This document shows positions 1-9,214 of a stretch of DNA of 64,000 nucleotides, one piece after another. The stretch lies in assembly GCA_963740355.1 (NCBI GenBank), contig CAVUDW010000002.1, positions 2,432,001-2,496,000 of the forward strand, written 5' to 3'. Positions within the stretch are counted from its first letter, which is position 1, and each line of letters starts with the position of its first letter. The translations under genes and the position numbers were made by a program. This stretch comes from an uncultured Gemmatimonadaceae bacterium. Its GTDB lineage: Bacteria > Gemmatimonadota > Gemmatimonadetes > Gemmatimonadales > Gemmatimonadaceae. Under the pieces are notes generated by a model. It was not told where the DNA came from. It was given only the letters and a program-made list of their open reading frames with translations, and made no database searches.

Positions 1-1078
1 TGCCAAGCGCCTGCAGTACCAGCAGCACGACCGCAATCAGCACGATGTATCCGAGCGAAAGCGGGAGCAGGAAGCGCCAGCCGAGCGACATCAGCTGGTC
101 GTAGCGGAACCTCGGCAGCGTCCAGCGAATCCACATGTACAGGAAGATGAAGAAGCCCGCCTTCAACGCGAACGAAAACAGCGTCAGCACCGTCTTCAGC
201 ACTGTCGGGTCGCCGCTGTTGTCCCATGATGTGAACGGGATGTCCCACCCACCGAGGAACAGCGTCGCCATCATGCCACTGGCGGTGAGCATATTCGCAA
301 ACTCGGCGATGAAGAACATCGAGAACTTCATCGAGCTGTATTCGGTGTGATAACCAGCCACCAGCTCGCTTTCGGCCTCGGGCAAGTCGAATGGCAACCG
401 GTTCGTCTCGGCGAAGGCCGAGATGAGGAAGGTCAGGAATGCCACCGACAGGTTGACCACATTCCAGCTGAACCCTGCCACCTGCTGCTGCTCGATGATC
501 GCGCTCATCCGCACATTGCCGGCCAGCAGCAGGATCGGGATGATCGACAGGCCCATCGAGATTTCGTACGAGATCATCTGCGCGCTCGAGCGCAGCCCGC
601 CGAGCAACGAATACTTGTTGTTCGATGACCAGCCGGCGAGCGTGATGCCGAAGACGCCGAGCGACGAGATGGCGAGCGTGAAGATGAAGCCGACCGGCAG
701 GTCGGCGATTGCGAGGTCGACGACGCCCCACGGTGTCGGCAGCGGTGCCGCGAACGGAATCACCGCCCAGCTTACCAGCGCCGTGCAGAACGCAATTGCC
801 GGTGCCAGGGTGAACAGGATGCCGTTGCCAGCGCCCGGCGACAATTCTTCCTTCATGAAATTCTTCAGGCCATCGGCCACCGGTTGCAGCAGCCCACCCG
901 GCCCCGTGCGGTTCGGACCATGACGGTCCTGAATCCACGCGCTGATCTTGCGCTCCAACAAGGTCAGCATCGCCACGGTGACGAGGTAGACGCCGAAGAA
1001 CACCAGCACCTTGATCACCGACGCGATCACAAACGCTGTGTTGTTGTCCGAGATGGGAGTCAGAAGCATCGGTCCCAT
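1..1078 (-). CDS. nuoH: NADH-quinone oxidoreductase subunit H (3' end runs off the window)
   Basis: Manual translation from ATG 1078 (TGATG overlap with nuoG stop): ...LLERKISAWIQDRHGPNRTGPGGLLQPVADGLKNFMKEE...AETNRLPFDLPEAESELVAGYHTEYS...WIRWTLPRFRYDQLM. Confidence 0.97.
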   Translation of the reverse strand, partial: MGPMLLTPISDNNTAFVIASVIKVLVFFGVYLVTVAMLTLLERKISAWIQDRHGPNRTGPGGLLQPVADGLKNFMKEELSPGAGNGILFTLAPAIAFCTALVSWAVIPFAAPLPTPWGVVDLAIADLPVGFIFTLAISSLGVFGITLAGWSSNNKYSLLGGLRSSAQMISYEISMGLSIIPILLLAGNVRMSAIIEQQQVAGFSWNVVNLSVAFLTFLISAFAETNRLPFDLPEAESELVAGYHTEYSSMKFSMFFIAEFANMLTASGMMATLFLGGWDIPFTSWDNSGDPTVLKTVLTLFSFALKAGFFIFLYMWIRWTLPRFRYDQLMSLGWRFLLPLSLGYIVLIAVVLLVLQALG

Positions 1079-2655
1079 CAGGCGCTGACCTCGGCTGGCA
1101 TCGAAGCGTCGGCACCCTGCAAGCCAATGCTCCGGTAACTCATCCCCGCAAAGGCTGGCACGGCGGTGGCGAGCGACGCGAAGATCTCGCTTGCCAGCGC
1201 TGGAAACGTTCCCGCACCCACGGCCATCGCCAGCTCACTCAGCACGCGGTAACTCGGACGCACCTGCGCGGGCGGTGCCTTGGCCTGCAGGAAACGCTGC
1301 ACACGGCCGCGAAGGTTGGTGTACGTGCCGTCTTCCTCGGCAAAGTTGCAGATCGGCAGCGCGACGATAGCCGCATTGCGCAGGGCGTCGTCGAGCACCG
1401 TGCCAATCACGATCACACGGACGCCATCCGGCACCGTGGGCGCTGCGGTTGCGGCGTCAGCGACGATCAGCAGGTCGTTGGCACCCAGTCCCGCCGTCGG
1501 TGAGATCACATCGGTGAAGCCGAACATGGACGCACCGGTCGCGTTCGGCGCGCGCTCGGCGCGCAGCGACAGATCCTTCACGCCTGGCAGCGGTGCTTCA
1601 TGCCCTCGAGGCACCGTCATCACTGCGGTCGCGCTGACGTGACTGGCCAGCTTGCCAAGCAGGAACAGCGCCTCGTTGGACAACGCGGGTGACGCCAGCA
1701 CCGTGACGCGTGACGCACCTGAAATGGCCGTCGCCGCCGCAGTGATGGCCTCACTCCACGACACGCTGGCGAGGCCCGCCGCTGTGCGCATGTGCGGATA
1801 CTCGAGGCGATCACGACGATTGATCCAGCGGTAGTTCATGCGCCCGACGTCACACGCAAAATGCTGGTTGACTGCCATGTTCGGCCGTGGCCGGATCCGC
1901 ACGACGATGTTGTCACGCGTCTCGAGCATCACGTTGCAGCCCTGCGAGCAACTCGGGCAGATCGAGGCGGCGCGATCGAGCTCCCAGGCGCGCGCCTTGT
2001 TCAGGAAATCCTTCGACAGCAGCGCGCCAACCGGGCAGAGATCGACGACGTTCGAAGCCCATGCGTGCGTGAGGTCGCTGCCCTCGAACTTGCCGATGTA
2101 GGCGCGGTCGCCCCGCTCGCTGACGTTCAGCACCGGGTCCTTGGCCACGACATCCATGAACCGCACACATCGCGTGCAGAGGATGCAGCGGTTCGGCACG
2201 TAGAGCACGTCGCCGCCGAAGTCTTCCATCGGATTGAAGCGCTTCGGCTCCATGTACCGCGAATCCTTGCGGCCTTCGGCAAACGTGTAGTCCTGCAGCT
2301 CGCACTCACCGGCCTGGTCGCAGATCGGGCAATCGAGCGGATGGTTGATGAGAAGGAACTCCAGTACGCCCTTGCGCGCTTCGCGGGCCTTCTCCGAATG
2401 CACATGGACGATCTGGCCTTCACCCACCGCCGTGGCGCAGGCCGGCGTCAGCTTGGGGAACTTCTCGACTTCCACCAGGCACATGCGACACACACCCGCG
2501 ACCGGTAGCGACGGGTGGTAGCAGTAGTGCGGAATGAGGATGCCAGCCGTCTTGGCGGCCTCGATCAGGTTCGTCCCGGGGGGCACGATGACTTCACGTC
2601 CTTCGATCGTGAGCGTCACCATGCCCGGATTGGCGGGCGCTGCTGGAGCCGTCAT
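1078..2655 (-). CDS. nuoG: NADH-quinone oxidoreductase subunit G (short, 525 aa)
   Basis: CYHP..GVCRMC, HPLDCPICDQAGECELQD, RCILCTRCVRF, CPVGAL and CPSCSQGC Fe-S motifs; operon position. Confidence 0.95.
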   Translation of the reverse strand: MTAPAAPANPGMVTLTIEGREVIVPPGTNLIEAAKTAGILIPHYCYHPSLPVAGVCRMCLVEVEKFPKLTPACATAVGEGQIVHVHSEKAREARKGVLEFLLINHPLDCPICDQAGECELQDYTFAEGRKDSRYMEPKRFNPMEDFGGDVLYVPNRCILCTRCVRFMDVVAKDPVLNVSERGDRAYIGKFEGSDLTHAWASNVVDLCPVGALLSKDFLNKARAWELDRAASICPSCSQGCNVMLETRDNIVVRIRPRPNMAVNQHFACDVGRMNYRWINRRDRLEYPHMRTAAGLASVSWSEAITAAATAISGASRVTVLASPALSNEALFLLGKLASHVSATAVMTVPRGHEAPLPGVKDLSLRAERAPNATGASMFGFTDVISPTAGLGANDLLIVADAATAAPTVPDGVRVIVIGTVLDDALRNAAIVALPICNFAEEDGTYTNLRGRVQRFLQAKAPPAQVRPSYRVLSELAMAVGAGTFPALASEIFASLATAVPAFAGMSYRSIGLQGADASMPAEVSA

Positions 2656-2656
2656 C

Positions 2657-3982
2657 TCAGGCCGCTGCGGGTGAGAAGCTTGGAATCATCACGGACGACC
2701 GATTCTTCGGAATCTTCGCCTCGAACTCGTGGCGGAACTTCTTCAGGCCACTCACCACTGGTGTCGCGCACGAGTCACTCAGCACACAGATCGTCTTGCC
2801 GGTCATGTTGTCGGCGATTTCGAGCAGCGTGTCGAGGTCCTTCATGGTGCCCTGCCCATCGCGAATCCGCTCGAGGATCTTCGTCGTCCAGGCCGTGCCC
2901 TCGCGGCACTGGGTGCACTGTGCGCAGCTCTCGTGCGCGTAGAATCGCGCGAGACGTGCAATCTGGCGCACCATGTCCTGCGAGTCGTCGAAGCAGATGA
3001 CGCCGCCCGATCCGAGCAGCGACCCGGCTGCCTGGATCCCTTCGTAGTCCATGACTGCGCCTTCACACTCTTCCGGTGTGAGGATCGGCACCGATGAACC
3101 GCCCGGAATGATCGCCTTGAACTTTCGGCCGGCCGGCGGACCGCCGCAGAGATCCCAGAGGAACTCCTTCATCGAGAAGCCCATGCCGACTTCGTAGTTG
3201 CCGGGACGCGCCACGTTGCCGCATACCGAGAAGAGCTTGGTGCCCGTGCTCTTCGGATTTGTCGGGCTCGAGAGCGACTTGTACCAGTCGGCACCATTCT
3301 TCAGCACGTGCGTCGCCGCGCAGACCGTCTCGACGTTGTTAATCGTCGTCGGCTGCGCGAACAATCCCGCCACGGCGGGAAAGGGCGGCTTGATGCGTGG
3401 ATTGCCGCGGCGACCCTCGAGCGAGTTCATGAGCGCGGTTTCTTCACCGCAGATGTAGGCGCCGGCACCCTTGTGCACGTGCACATCCACCCGCTTGCCG
3501 CTGCCCATTGCGTTCGCGCCGAGAATGCCATCGGCGTACGCTTCGCGCACGGCTTCCCGCACCCGCGCGATCGGTTCGGTGTATTCGCCGCGGATGTAGA
3601 TGTAGGCCGTCTCGGCGTAGATCGCATGGGCTGCGATCGCCGCCCCTTCCACCAGCTGGTGAGGGGTCCAGCGCATGATCTCGCGATCCTTGAACGTGCC
3701 CGGTTCGGACTCGTCGCCATTGATCGTGAGATAGTGCGTCTTGCCGTCCGGCTTCATGAAGCTCCACTTCACGCCGGTCGGGAAGCCGGCGCCGCCGCGG
3801 CCACGCAGCCCTGAATCCTTGACGACGTTCTGCACCTCGACCGGATCGGTGGAGAGCGCCTGTCGCAGCGTCTCGTATCCACCGCGCTTCTTCCAGCCGT
3901 CGAGCGTGCGAGCTTCGGCATCACCGAAGTACTTCGAGATCACCGGCGTCTCGCGCGGGTGTGAAGGATGCGGATAACCCAT
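2657..3982 (-). CDS. nuoF: NADH-quinone oxidoreductase subunit F
   Basis: GLRGRGGAGFPTG, DESEPGTFKDR, GAGAYICGEETAL, ESCAQCTQCREG. Confidence 0.98.
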   Translation of the reverse strand: MGYPHPSHPRETPVISKYFGDAEARTLDGWKKRGGYETLRQALSTDPVEVQNVVKDSGLRGRGGAGFPTGVKWSFMKPDGKTHYLTINGDESEPGTFKDREIMRWTPHQLVEGAAIAAHAIYAETAYIYIRGEYTEPIARVREAVREAYADGILGANAMGSGKRVDVHVHKGAGAYICGEETALMNSLEGRRGNPRIKPPFPAVAGLFAQPTTINNVETVCAATHVLKNGADWYKSLSSPTNPKSTGTKLFSVCGNVARPGNYEVGMGFSMKEFLWDLCGGPPAGRKFKAIIPGGSSVPILTPEECEGAVMDYEGIQAAGSLLGSGGVICFDDSQDMVRQIARLARFYAHESCAQCTQCREGTAWTTKILERIRDGQGTMKDLDTLLEIADNMTGKTICVLSDSCATPVVSGLKKFRHEFEAKIPKNRSSVMIPSFSPAAA

Positions 3983-4506
3983 CAGTCGAGCCCTGCGAGA
4001 AGGTCCGGCACACTATCCACCGACACGCACTCGACGAGTGCGCCATTGATCATCACCGGCGTTGCAAAGCCGCACGCGCCGAGGCACTCGACTTCGATCA
4101 CCGTATAGCGTCCGTCGGCCGACGTGACACCGAGCTCGCCGCACTTCGTTTCCTTGAGGAAGGCGTTCACGACATCTTCAGCGCCGCAGACGTTGCACGG
4201 CGTGGTCGTGCAGACCTGCACGAAGTGCTTTCCGACCGGGTGCTGGTGATACATGGTGTAGAACGTGACCACACCCTTCACGTAGGCCGGCGTGAGATCG
4301 AGCACCGACGCCACTTCTGCCATGCCCTCCGGGCTCACCCAGCCACGCTCTTCCTGCAGCATCCAGAGCGCAGGCAACAGCGCGGCCATCTTCGTCGGAT
4401 AACGCGTCAGCAGTTCGTCCAGCTCTGCGCGTCGCGCGCCGGTGAACACCGGGACGTATTCCGCGTGGGCATCATGGCCGTCAGGTGCCATCGAGTGGAG
4501 ACTCAT
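3982..4506 (-). CDS. nuoE: NADH-quinone oxidoreductase subunit E
   Basis: VTFYTMY, CTTTPC and ECLGAC 2Fe-2S ligands; start chosen at the ATGA overlap with the nuoD stop. Confidence 0.95.
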   Translation of the reverse strand: MSLHSMAPDGHDAHAEYVPVFTGARRAELDELLTRYPTKMAALLPALWMLQEERGWVSPEGMAEVASVLDLTPAYVKGVVTFYTMYHQHPVGKHFVQVCTTTPCNVCGAEDVVNAFLKETKCGELGVTSADGRYTVIEVECLGACGFATPVMINGALVECVSVDSVPDLLAGLD

Positions 4507-5816
4507 CGATCGATCTCTCCCATCACGATGTCGATGCTGGCGTTGATCGCAATCACGTCGGAGAGCAGGTGCCCTTCCGCCATCTTCGAGATCGCGGACA
4601 GGTTGACGAATGCCGGTGGCCGGATGCGCCACCGTACGGGCTTCGACGTACCATCACTCACGAGGTAATATCCCTTCTCGCCCTTCGGGCTTTCAGTCGC
4701 GACGTAGCACTCGCCGATCGGCGGGCGCGGGCCTTCCATGACCAGCTTGAAGTGATGGATCATCGATTCCATCTCGCTGGTGGCCTTGCTCTTCGGTGGC
4801 AGGATCACACGCGGGTCATCTACGTTGATCGGGCCGTCGGGCAGCCGCTCGATGGCCTGCTCGATGATGCGAATGCTCTGTCGCATCTCTTCCAGCCGCA
4901 CCAGGTAGCGGTCGTACACGTCGCCCTTGCTGCCGACGACGATGTCCCAGTCGTACGTCTCGTAGTCGAGATACGGCGCGTCCTTGCGCACATCGTACGC
5001 CACCCCCGACGCACGCAGCATCGGGCCGGAGAGGCCGTAGTTGATCGCTTCCGACGCGCTCATTACGCCAAGCCCAACGGTACGGCCGACCCAGATGCCG
5101 TTGCGCGTCAACATGCGGTCGGTTTCGTCGAGCGTCTTCGGCAGCGATCGCAGGAATCCCTTCAGCCCGTCAACCCAGCCCGGAGGGAGATCGGCCGCCA
5201 TGCCACCAATGCGTGACGCGCTGGTGGTGAGGCGCGCGCCAACCCAGCTCTCGAACAGGTTGTAGACCGTCTCGCGTTCCTGGAACGTCCAGAGGAACGG
5301 CGTGAAGGCCCCCATGTCGACGGCGGTCGTACCAAGCCACACGAGGTGCGAGATGATGCGCGACAACTCCATCGCAATCACGCGCAGCACGGTGCAGCGC
5401 GGTGTGATCTCAATGCCGAACAATCGCTCCGCGCCGAGCGCGTAGGCGATGTTGTTCCCCATCGAGTTCAGGTAGTCCTCGCGATCCGTCCACGGGATGA
5501 TCTGGTTGTACTGGCGATACTCGCCGATCTTCTCGAAACCGCAATGCAGGTAGCCGATGTGCGGCACACAACGGATCACCGTCTCGCCATCGAGCTCGAG
5601 GACCAGGCGCAACACGCCGTGCGTGGCTGGGTGCTGGGGGCCGATGTTGATCAGCATCCGCTCGCTGCCCATGTCGGGCTCCGATCCGGGCTCGAGATCG
5701 ATCGGCATCACCACGCCGGCCGAATTCGCGGTCAGCGGCACGCGCTGCAGCTGGCCGTTCGGCCCAAGCGTCTGCGTTGCGAGTTCGACTTCCACCGTGC
5801 GCGTCGTCGTCGACAT
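4503..5816 (-). CDS. nuoD: NADH-quinone oxidoreductase subunit D
   Basis: NIGPQHPATHGVLRL, GYLHCGFEK, C-terminal DIVMGEIDR. Confidence 0.98.
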   Translation of the reverse strand: MSTTTRTVEVELATQTLGPNGQLQRVPLTANSAGVVMPIDLEPGSEPDMGSERMLINIGPQHPATHGVLRLVLELDGETVIRCVPHIGYLHCGFEKIGEYRQYNQIIPWTDREDYLNSMGNNIAYALGAERLFGIEITPRCTVLRVIAMELSRIISHLVWLGTTAVDMGAFTPFLWTFQERETVYNLFESWVGARLTTSASRIGGMAADLPPGWVDGLKGFLRSLPKTLDETDRMLTRNGIWVGRTVGLGVMSASEAINYGLSGPMLRASGVAYDVRKDAPYLDYETYDWDIVVGSKGDVYDRYLVRLEEMRQSIRIIEQAIERLPDGPINVDDPRVILPPKSKATSEMESMIHHFKLVMEGPRPPIGECYVATESPKGEKGYYLVSDGTSKPVRWRIRPPAFVNLSAISKMAEGHLLSDVIAINASIDIVMGEIDR

Positions 5817-5819
5817 CGA

Positions 5820-6509
5820 TCAGCTCTCTCCCTTCGCACGGAGCAGTCGCTCGCGCATGTCCGCCGGCAGTTCGTGGAATGCATCAGCAACGCTCAACTC
5901 TTCCATCGAGTAGCGCGCCTCGGGGTTGGCGGCGAGCGCCTGCGAGAGTTGCTCGGAGCGACTGAAGCGACCGCGGAGCGGGAAGTCCTTTCGCAGCGGA
6001 AATCCTTCCGCGTACGTGTCCCACAGCAGGATGCGACGCAGGTCGGAGTGGCCGCCGAAGCGGATGCCGAACATGTCGAACACCTCGCGCTCCAGCCAAT
6101 TCGCCGACTTGTACACTGGCTCGATGCTAGGCACCTCGAGCTCTGCATCTGCCGCGAGACTCGCCTTGATGCGCAAGAACCGCCGGTACGGCAGCGAGCG
6201 TACATGCCAGACCATCTCGATCGGCATGTCCGGGTCGCGATGCTCGACCGCCGTCACATCCACGAGGTAGTCGTACTGCTGCGCAGGGTCATCACGGAGC
6301 CAGAGCATGATCTCGCGAATCTTCGCGCTGTCGACCCAGACGGTCGTCTCACCCCACATCACGTCGTGCCGACCAATCACGCCGCCAAACTGCGCGCGCA
6401 GCGCCTCGACACTCGGATTGGCCTCGCCGCCGTGATGCGGGACGTTGCGCGGGGTCACTGGGTCGGGAGTGGCCGCCGGGAGCGCGGCGCCTGGGATCAC
6501 GACGCTCAC
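5820..6509 (-). CDS. nuoC: NADH-quinone oxidoreductase subunit C
   Basis: [37 protein letters not shown] start at the GTGA overlap with nuoB (start inferred). Confidence 0.95.
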   Translation of the reverse strand: MSVVIPGAALPAATPDPVTPRNVPHHGGEANPSVEALRAQFGGVIGRHDVMWGETTVWVDSAKIREIMLWLRDDPAQQYDYLVDVTAVEHRDPDMPIEMVWHVRSLPYRRFLRIKASLAADAELEVPSIEPVYKSANWLEREVFDMFGIRFGGHSDLRRILLWDTYAEGFPLRKDFPLRGRFSRSEQLSQALAANPEARYSMEELSVADAFHELPADMRERLLRAKGES

Positions 6510-7138
6510 GGCGCCGACCGCGTCTGGTGCACCGAGTTGCCGAAGGGTTCGGACAATTCGTCGATGCGCGAGGCCGGGATGTAATGGCGCGACGTCGGAT
6601 CGATCGTGATTTCGGCGTACTGTGCCTGATCCGAAATCGAGCGTTGCTGCATCACCTTCTCCTGCAGCATCATCACGCCGTACATCAGCGCCTCGGGGCG
6701 CGGTGGGCAGCCCGGCACGAAGACATCCACAGGAATGATGGTGTCGATCCCCTGCACCACGGCGTAGTTGTCGAACATGCCGCCGCTCGAGGCGCACGCA
6801 CCCATTGCGATGACCCATTTCGGCTGCGGCATCTGCTCGTAGATGCGCCGAATCACCGGTGCCAGCTTGTAGGGCACGCGACCGGCGCAGATCAGCACGT
6901 CGGCCTGGCGTGGCGAGTAGCTCAATCGCTCCATGCCGAATCGTGCCAGGTCGAATCGACTGGCTGCCGTCGCCATGAATTCGATCGCGCAACACGCCGT
7001 ACCGAACGGCATCGGCCAGAGTGAGTGGGCGCGCGACCAATTGACGAGGAATTCGAGACGCGTCGTGACCCAGCCTTCCTGTGACGGCGGGTCGTACGAG
7101 ACACGCGACGAGGCGCTGGTGGCCGGGGTCAATCCCAT
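6506..7138 (-). CDS. nuoB: NADH-quinone oxidoreductase subunit B
   Basis: [33 protein letters not shown]. Confidence 0.97.
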   Translation of the reverse strand: MGLTPATSASSRVSYDPPSQEGWVTTRLEFLVNWSRAHSLWPMPFGTACCAIEFMATAASRFDLARFGMERLSYSPRQADVLICAGRVPYKLAPVIRRIYEQMPQPKWVIAMGACASSGGMFDNYAVVQGIDTIIPVDVFVPGCPPRPEALMYGVMMLQEKVMQQRSISDQAQYAEITIDPTSRHYIPASRIDELSEPFGNSVHQTRSAP

Positions 7139-7533
7139 TGCAACGCTCCCTTGCGCCACACGTATGTCAGGCCGACGACGAGAATCGCCATGAAGACGAG
7201 CATCTCGCCAAGTCCGAAGAAGCTGGTCGCACCGCTGCAGACACCATCGATCACCGCATTCGTGCACGACAACCGCTTGAATGCCGTGCCCCAGGGGATC
7301 AGGAACACCGTTTCGATGTCGAACACGATGAACAGCATTGCCACGAGATAAAACTTGACCGAAAAGCGCTCGCGGGCGTCGCCGATGACCGGGATACCCG
7401 ACTCGTACGCTTCCGACTTGACCGTGGTCGGACGGCGACGCATCGCCCACTGTGACAAACCGATGATCACGGCTGCGTTCAGGAGAACGAAACCGATCAA
7501 CATCAGGATAGGCAGGTACGCTTGAAGCCCCAT
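7129..7533 (-). CDS. nuoA: NADH-quinone oxidoreductase subunit A
   Basis: [30 protein letters not shown]; three TM segments. Confidence 0.96.
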   Translation of the reverse strand: MGLQAYLPILMLIGFVLLNAAVIIGLSQWAMRRRPTTVKSEAYESGIPVIGDARERFSVKFYLVAMLFIVFDIETVFLIPWGTAFKRLSCTNAVIDGVCSGATSFFGLGEMLVFMAILVVGLTYVWRKGALQWD

Positions 7534-7546
7534 TCGTGTCAGATGC

Positions 7547-7564
7547 TCGTGAAAAAATTCACTA
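7547..7564. promoter_or_regulatory. Putative Rex operator upstream of nuoA
   Basis: TCGTGAA-AAAA-TTCACTA matches the Rex consensus TTGTGAA-N4-TTCACAA with two mismatches; lies between the predicted promoter and the nuoA ATG. Confidence 0.7.
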
Positions 7565-7577
7565 ACCGGTCACGGGC

Positions 7578-7606
7578 AAGGTAGCCGTCCGGCTGGCGTA
7601 CTTCAA
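7578..7606 (-). promoter_or_regulatory. Putative sigma70-type promoter of the nuo operon
   Basis: Minus strand TTGAAG-17 nt-TACCTT. Confidence 0.55.
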
Positions 7607-7725
7607 CGCTCCAGACCTGTTGTTTGTCCTCCCGTGGAGACGGGTCCGGTGCCCTCGGCACCCGCAGCTGCAATCGACTGCCAGCAGGTAGCACCACGGC
7701 AGCGGGTCCGCTACGTTCCCGCGCC

Positions 7726-8280
7726 ATGCCTATCATGAACGACGCGTGGATTCGCCAGATGGCGCTTGACCACGGGATGATCGAACCCTACGAAGACCGT
7801 CAGGTCCGCGATGGTGTCATCAGCTACGGGGTTTCCTCGTACGGTTATGACATGCGGGTGGCCCGGGAATTCAAGATCTTCACCAACGTCCTCAGCTCGA
7901 TCGTGGACCCCAAGGACTTCGACCCGAAGAGCTTCGTCGAATTCGAGGGAGACGTCTGCATCGTGCCGCCGAACAGCTTCGCCCTCGCGCGCTCGGTGGA
8001 ATATTTCCGGATTCCGCGGGACATCCTGACCATTTGTGTCGGGAAGTCGACATACGCGCGCTGCGGCATCATCACCAACGTGACGCCGTTCGAGCCGGAG
8101 TGGGAAGGTTTCGTGACCCTCGAGATCTCGAACACCACGCCCCTGCCGGCCAAGATCTACGCCAACGAAGGCATCGCCCAGGTGCTCTTCCTGCAGGGCA
8201 ATGCGCCACCAGACGTCAGCTATCGGGACAAGCGCGGCAAGTACCAGGCGCAAACGGGCATCACGCTCCCCAAGATCTGA
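7726..8280 (+). CDS. dcd: dCTP deaminase
   Basis: [36 protein letters not shown]. Confidence 0.97.
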   Translation: MPIMNDAWIRQMALDHGMIEPYEDRQVRDGVISYGVSSYGYDMRVAREFKIFTNVLSSIVDPKDFDPKSFVEFEGDVCIVPPNSFALARSVEYFRIPRDILTICVGKSTYARCGIITNVTPFEPEWEGFVTLEISNTTPLPAKIYANEGIAQVLFLQGNAPPDVSYRDKRGKYQAQTGITLPKI

Positions 8281-8361
8281 GGGGGCGGCACCGGTAAGGC
8301 AGCGCTCGCGGTCGCACCAGGTCGCGGCGGCCGCCGCCCTCCGGCTCCAGCTGCTGAAACT

Positions 8362-8403
8362 GACGCGGGGCCCGATGCTCAGGTTGGCATCGGGCCCCGC
8401 GTC
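8362..8403. terminator. Hairpin between convergent dcd and sdhB
   Basis: Perfect 17-bp stem gacgcggggcccgatgc / gcatcgggccccgcgtc with an 8-nt loop. Confidence 0.7.
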
Positions 8404-8437
8404 GTCAGCGACCTGCGCATCCTACCGCAGATCGGAC

Positions 8438-9214
8438 TTAGCCGTTGCCGCTGGCCCCGGCCATTTCCGGCTTCTTGGTGGCCATCGCCACGATGTAGTC
8501 GCGGTTCATGAGCGCAATCACATCGATCGAGATGTGCTTCGGACACGCCTCCTGGCACTCACCGTAGAGCGTGCAGTGTCCAAAATGCTCCTCGTCCATC
8601 TTGGCGACCATCGCCTCGACACGCTTGTACCGCTCGGGCTGACCCTGCGGCAGGCGCGCCAGATGCGAGATCTTGGCGCCAGTGAACAGCGAGGCTGAGC
8701 CATTCGGGCACGCGGCCACACACGCGCCGCAGCCGATACAGGCCGCCGCATCCATCGCCGAGTCGGAATCGGTCTTGGCGACCAGAATCTCATTGGCATC
8801 ACGCGCGCCGCCCGTCGGTGCGCTGATGTACCCGCCTGCCTGGATGATCCGATCGAAGGCGCTGCGGTCGGTGATGAGATCCTTCAGCACCGGAAATGCC
8901 ACCGAACGCCACGGCTCGATCGTGATCTCCTGCCCGTCCTGGAAGGTGCGCATGTGCACCTGGCAGGTCGCGGCGCCCTTCACCGGACCGTGCGCAACAC
9001 CGTCGATCATCATGCTGCAGCTGCCGCAGATCCCCTCGCGGCAGTCATGTGCAAATGCGATCGGCTCCTTGCCTTCCTCTTCGAGATGATCGTTCACCAT
9101 GTCGATCATCTCGAGGAACGACGCATCCGACGGGATGTTCTTCGCCGGGTACGTCTCGAGGCGGCCCGCACTCTTTGCGTTGGCCTGACGCCACACCTTC
9201 AACGTGAAATTCAT
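8438..9214 (-). CDS. sdhB: Succinate dehydrogenase/fumarate reductase Fe-S subunit
   Basis: CREGICGSC, CIGCGACVAACP, CTLYGECQEACP. Confidence 0.96.
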   Translation of the reverse strand: MNFTLKVWRQANAKSAGRLETYPAKNIPSDASFLEMIDMVNDHLEEEGKEPIAFAHDCREGICGSCSMMIDGVAHGPVKGAATCQVHMRTFQDGQEITIEPWRSVAFPVLKDLITDRSAFDRIIQAGGYISAPTGGARDANEILVAKTDSDSAMDAAACIGCGACVAACPNGSASLFTGAKISHLARLPQGQPERYKRVEAMVAKMDEEHFGHCTLYGECQEACPKHISIDVIALMNRDYIVAMATKKPEMAGASGNG

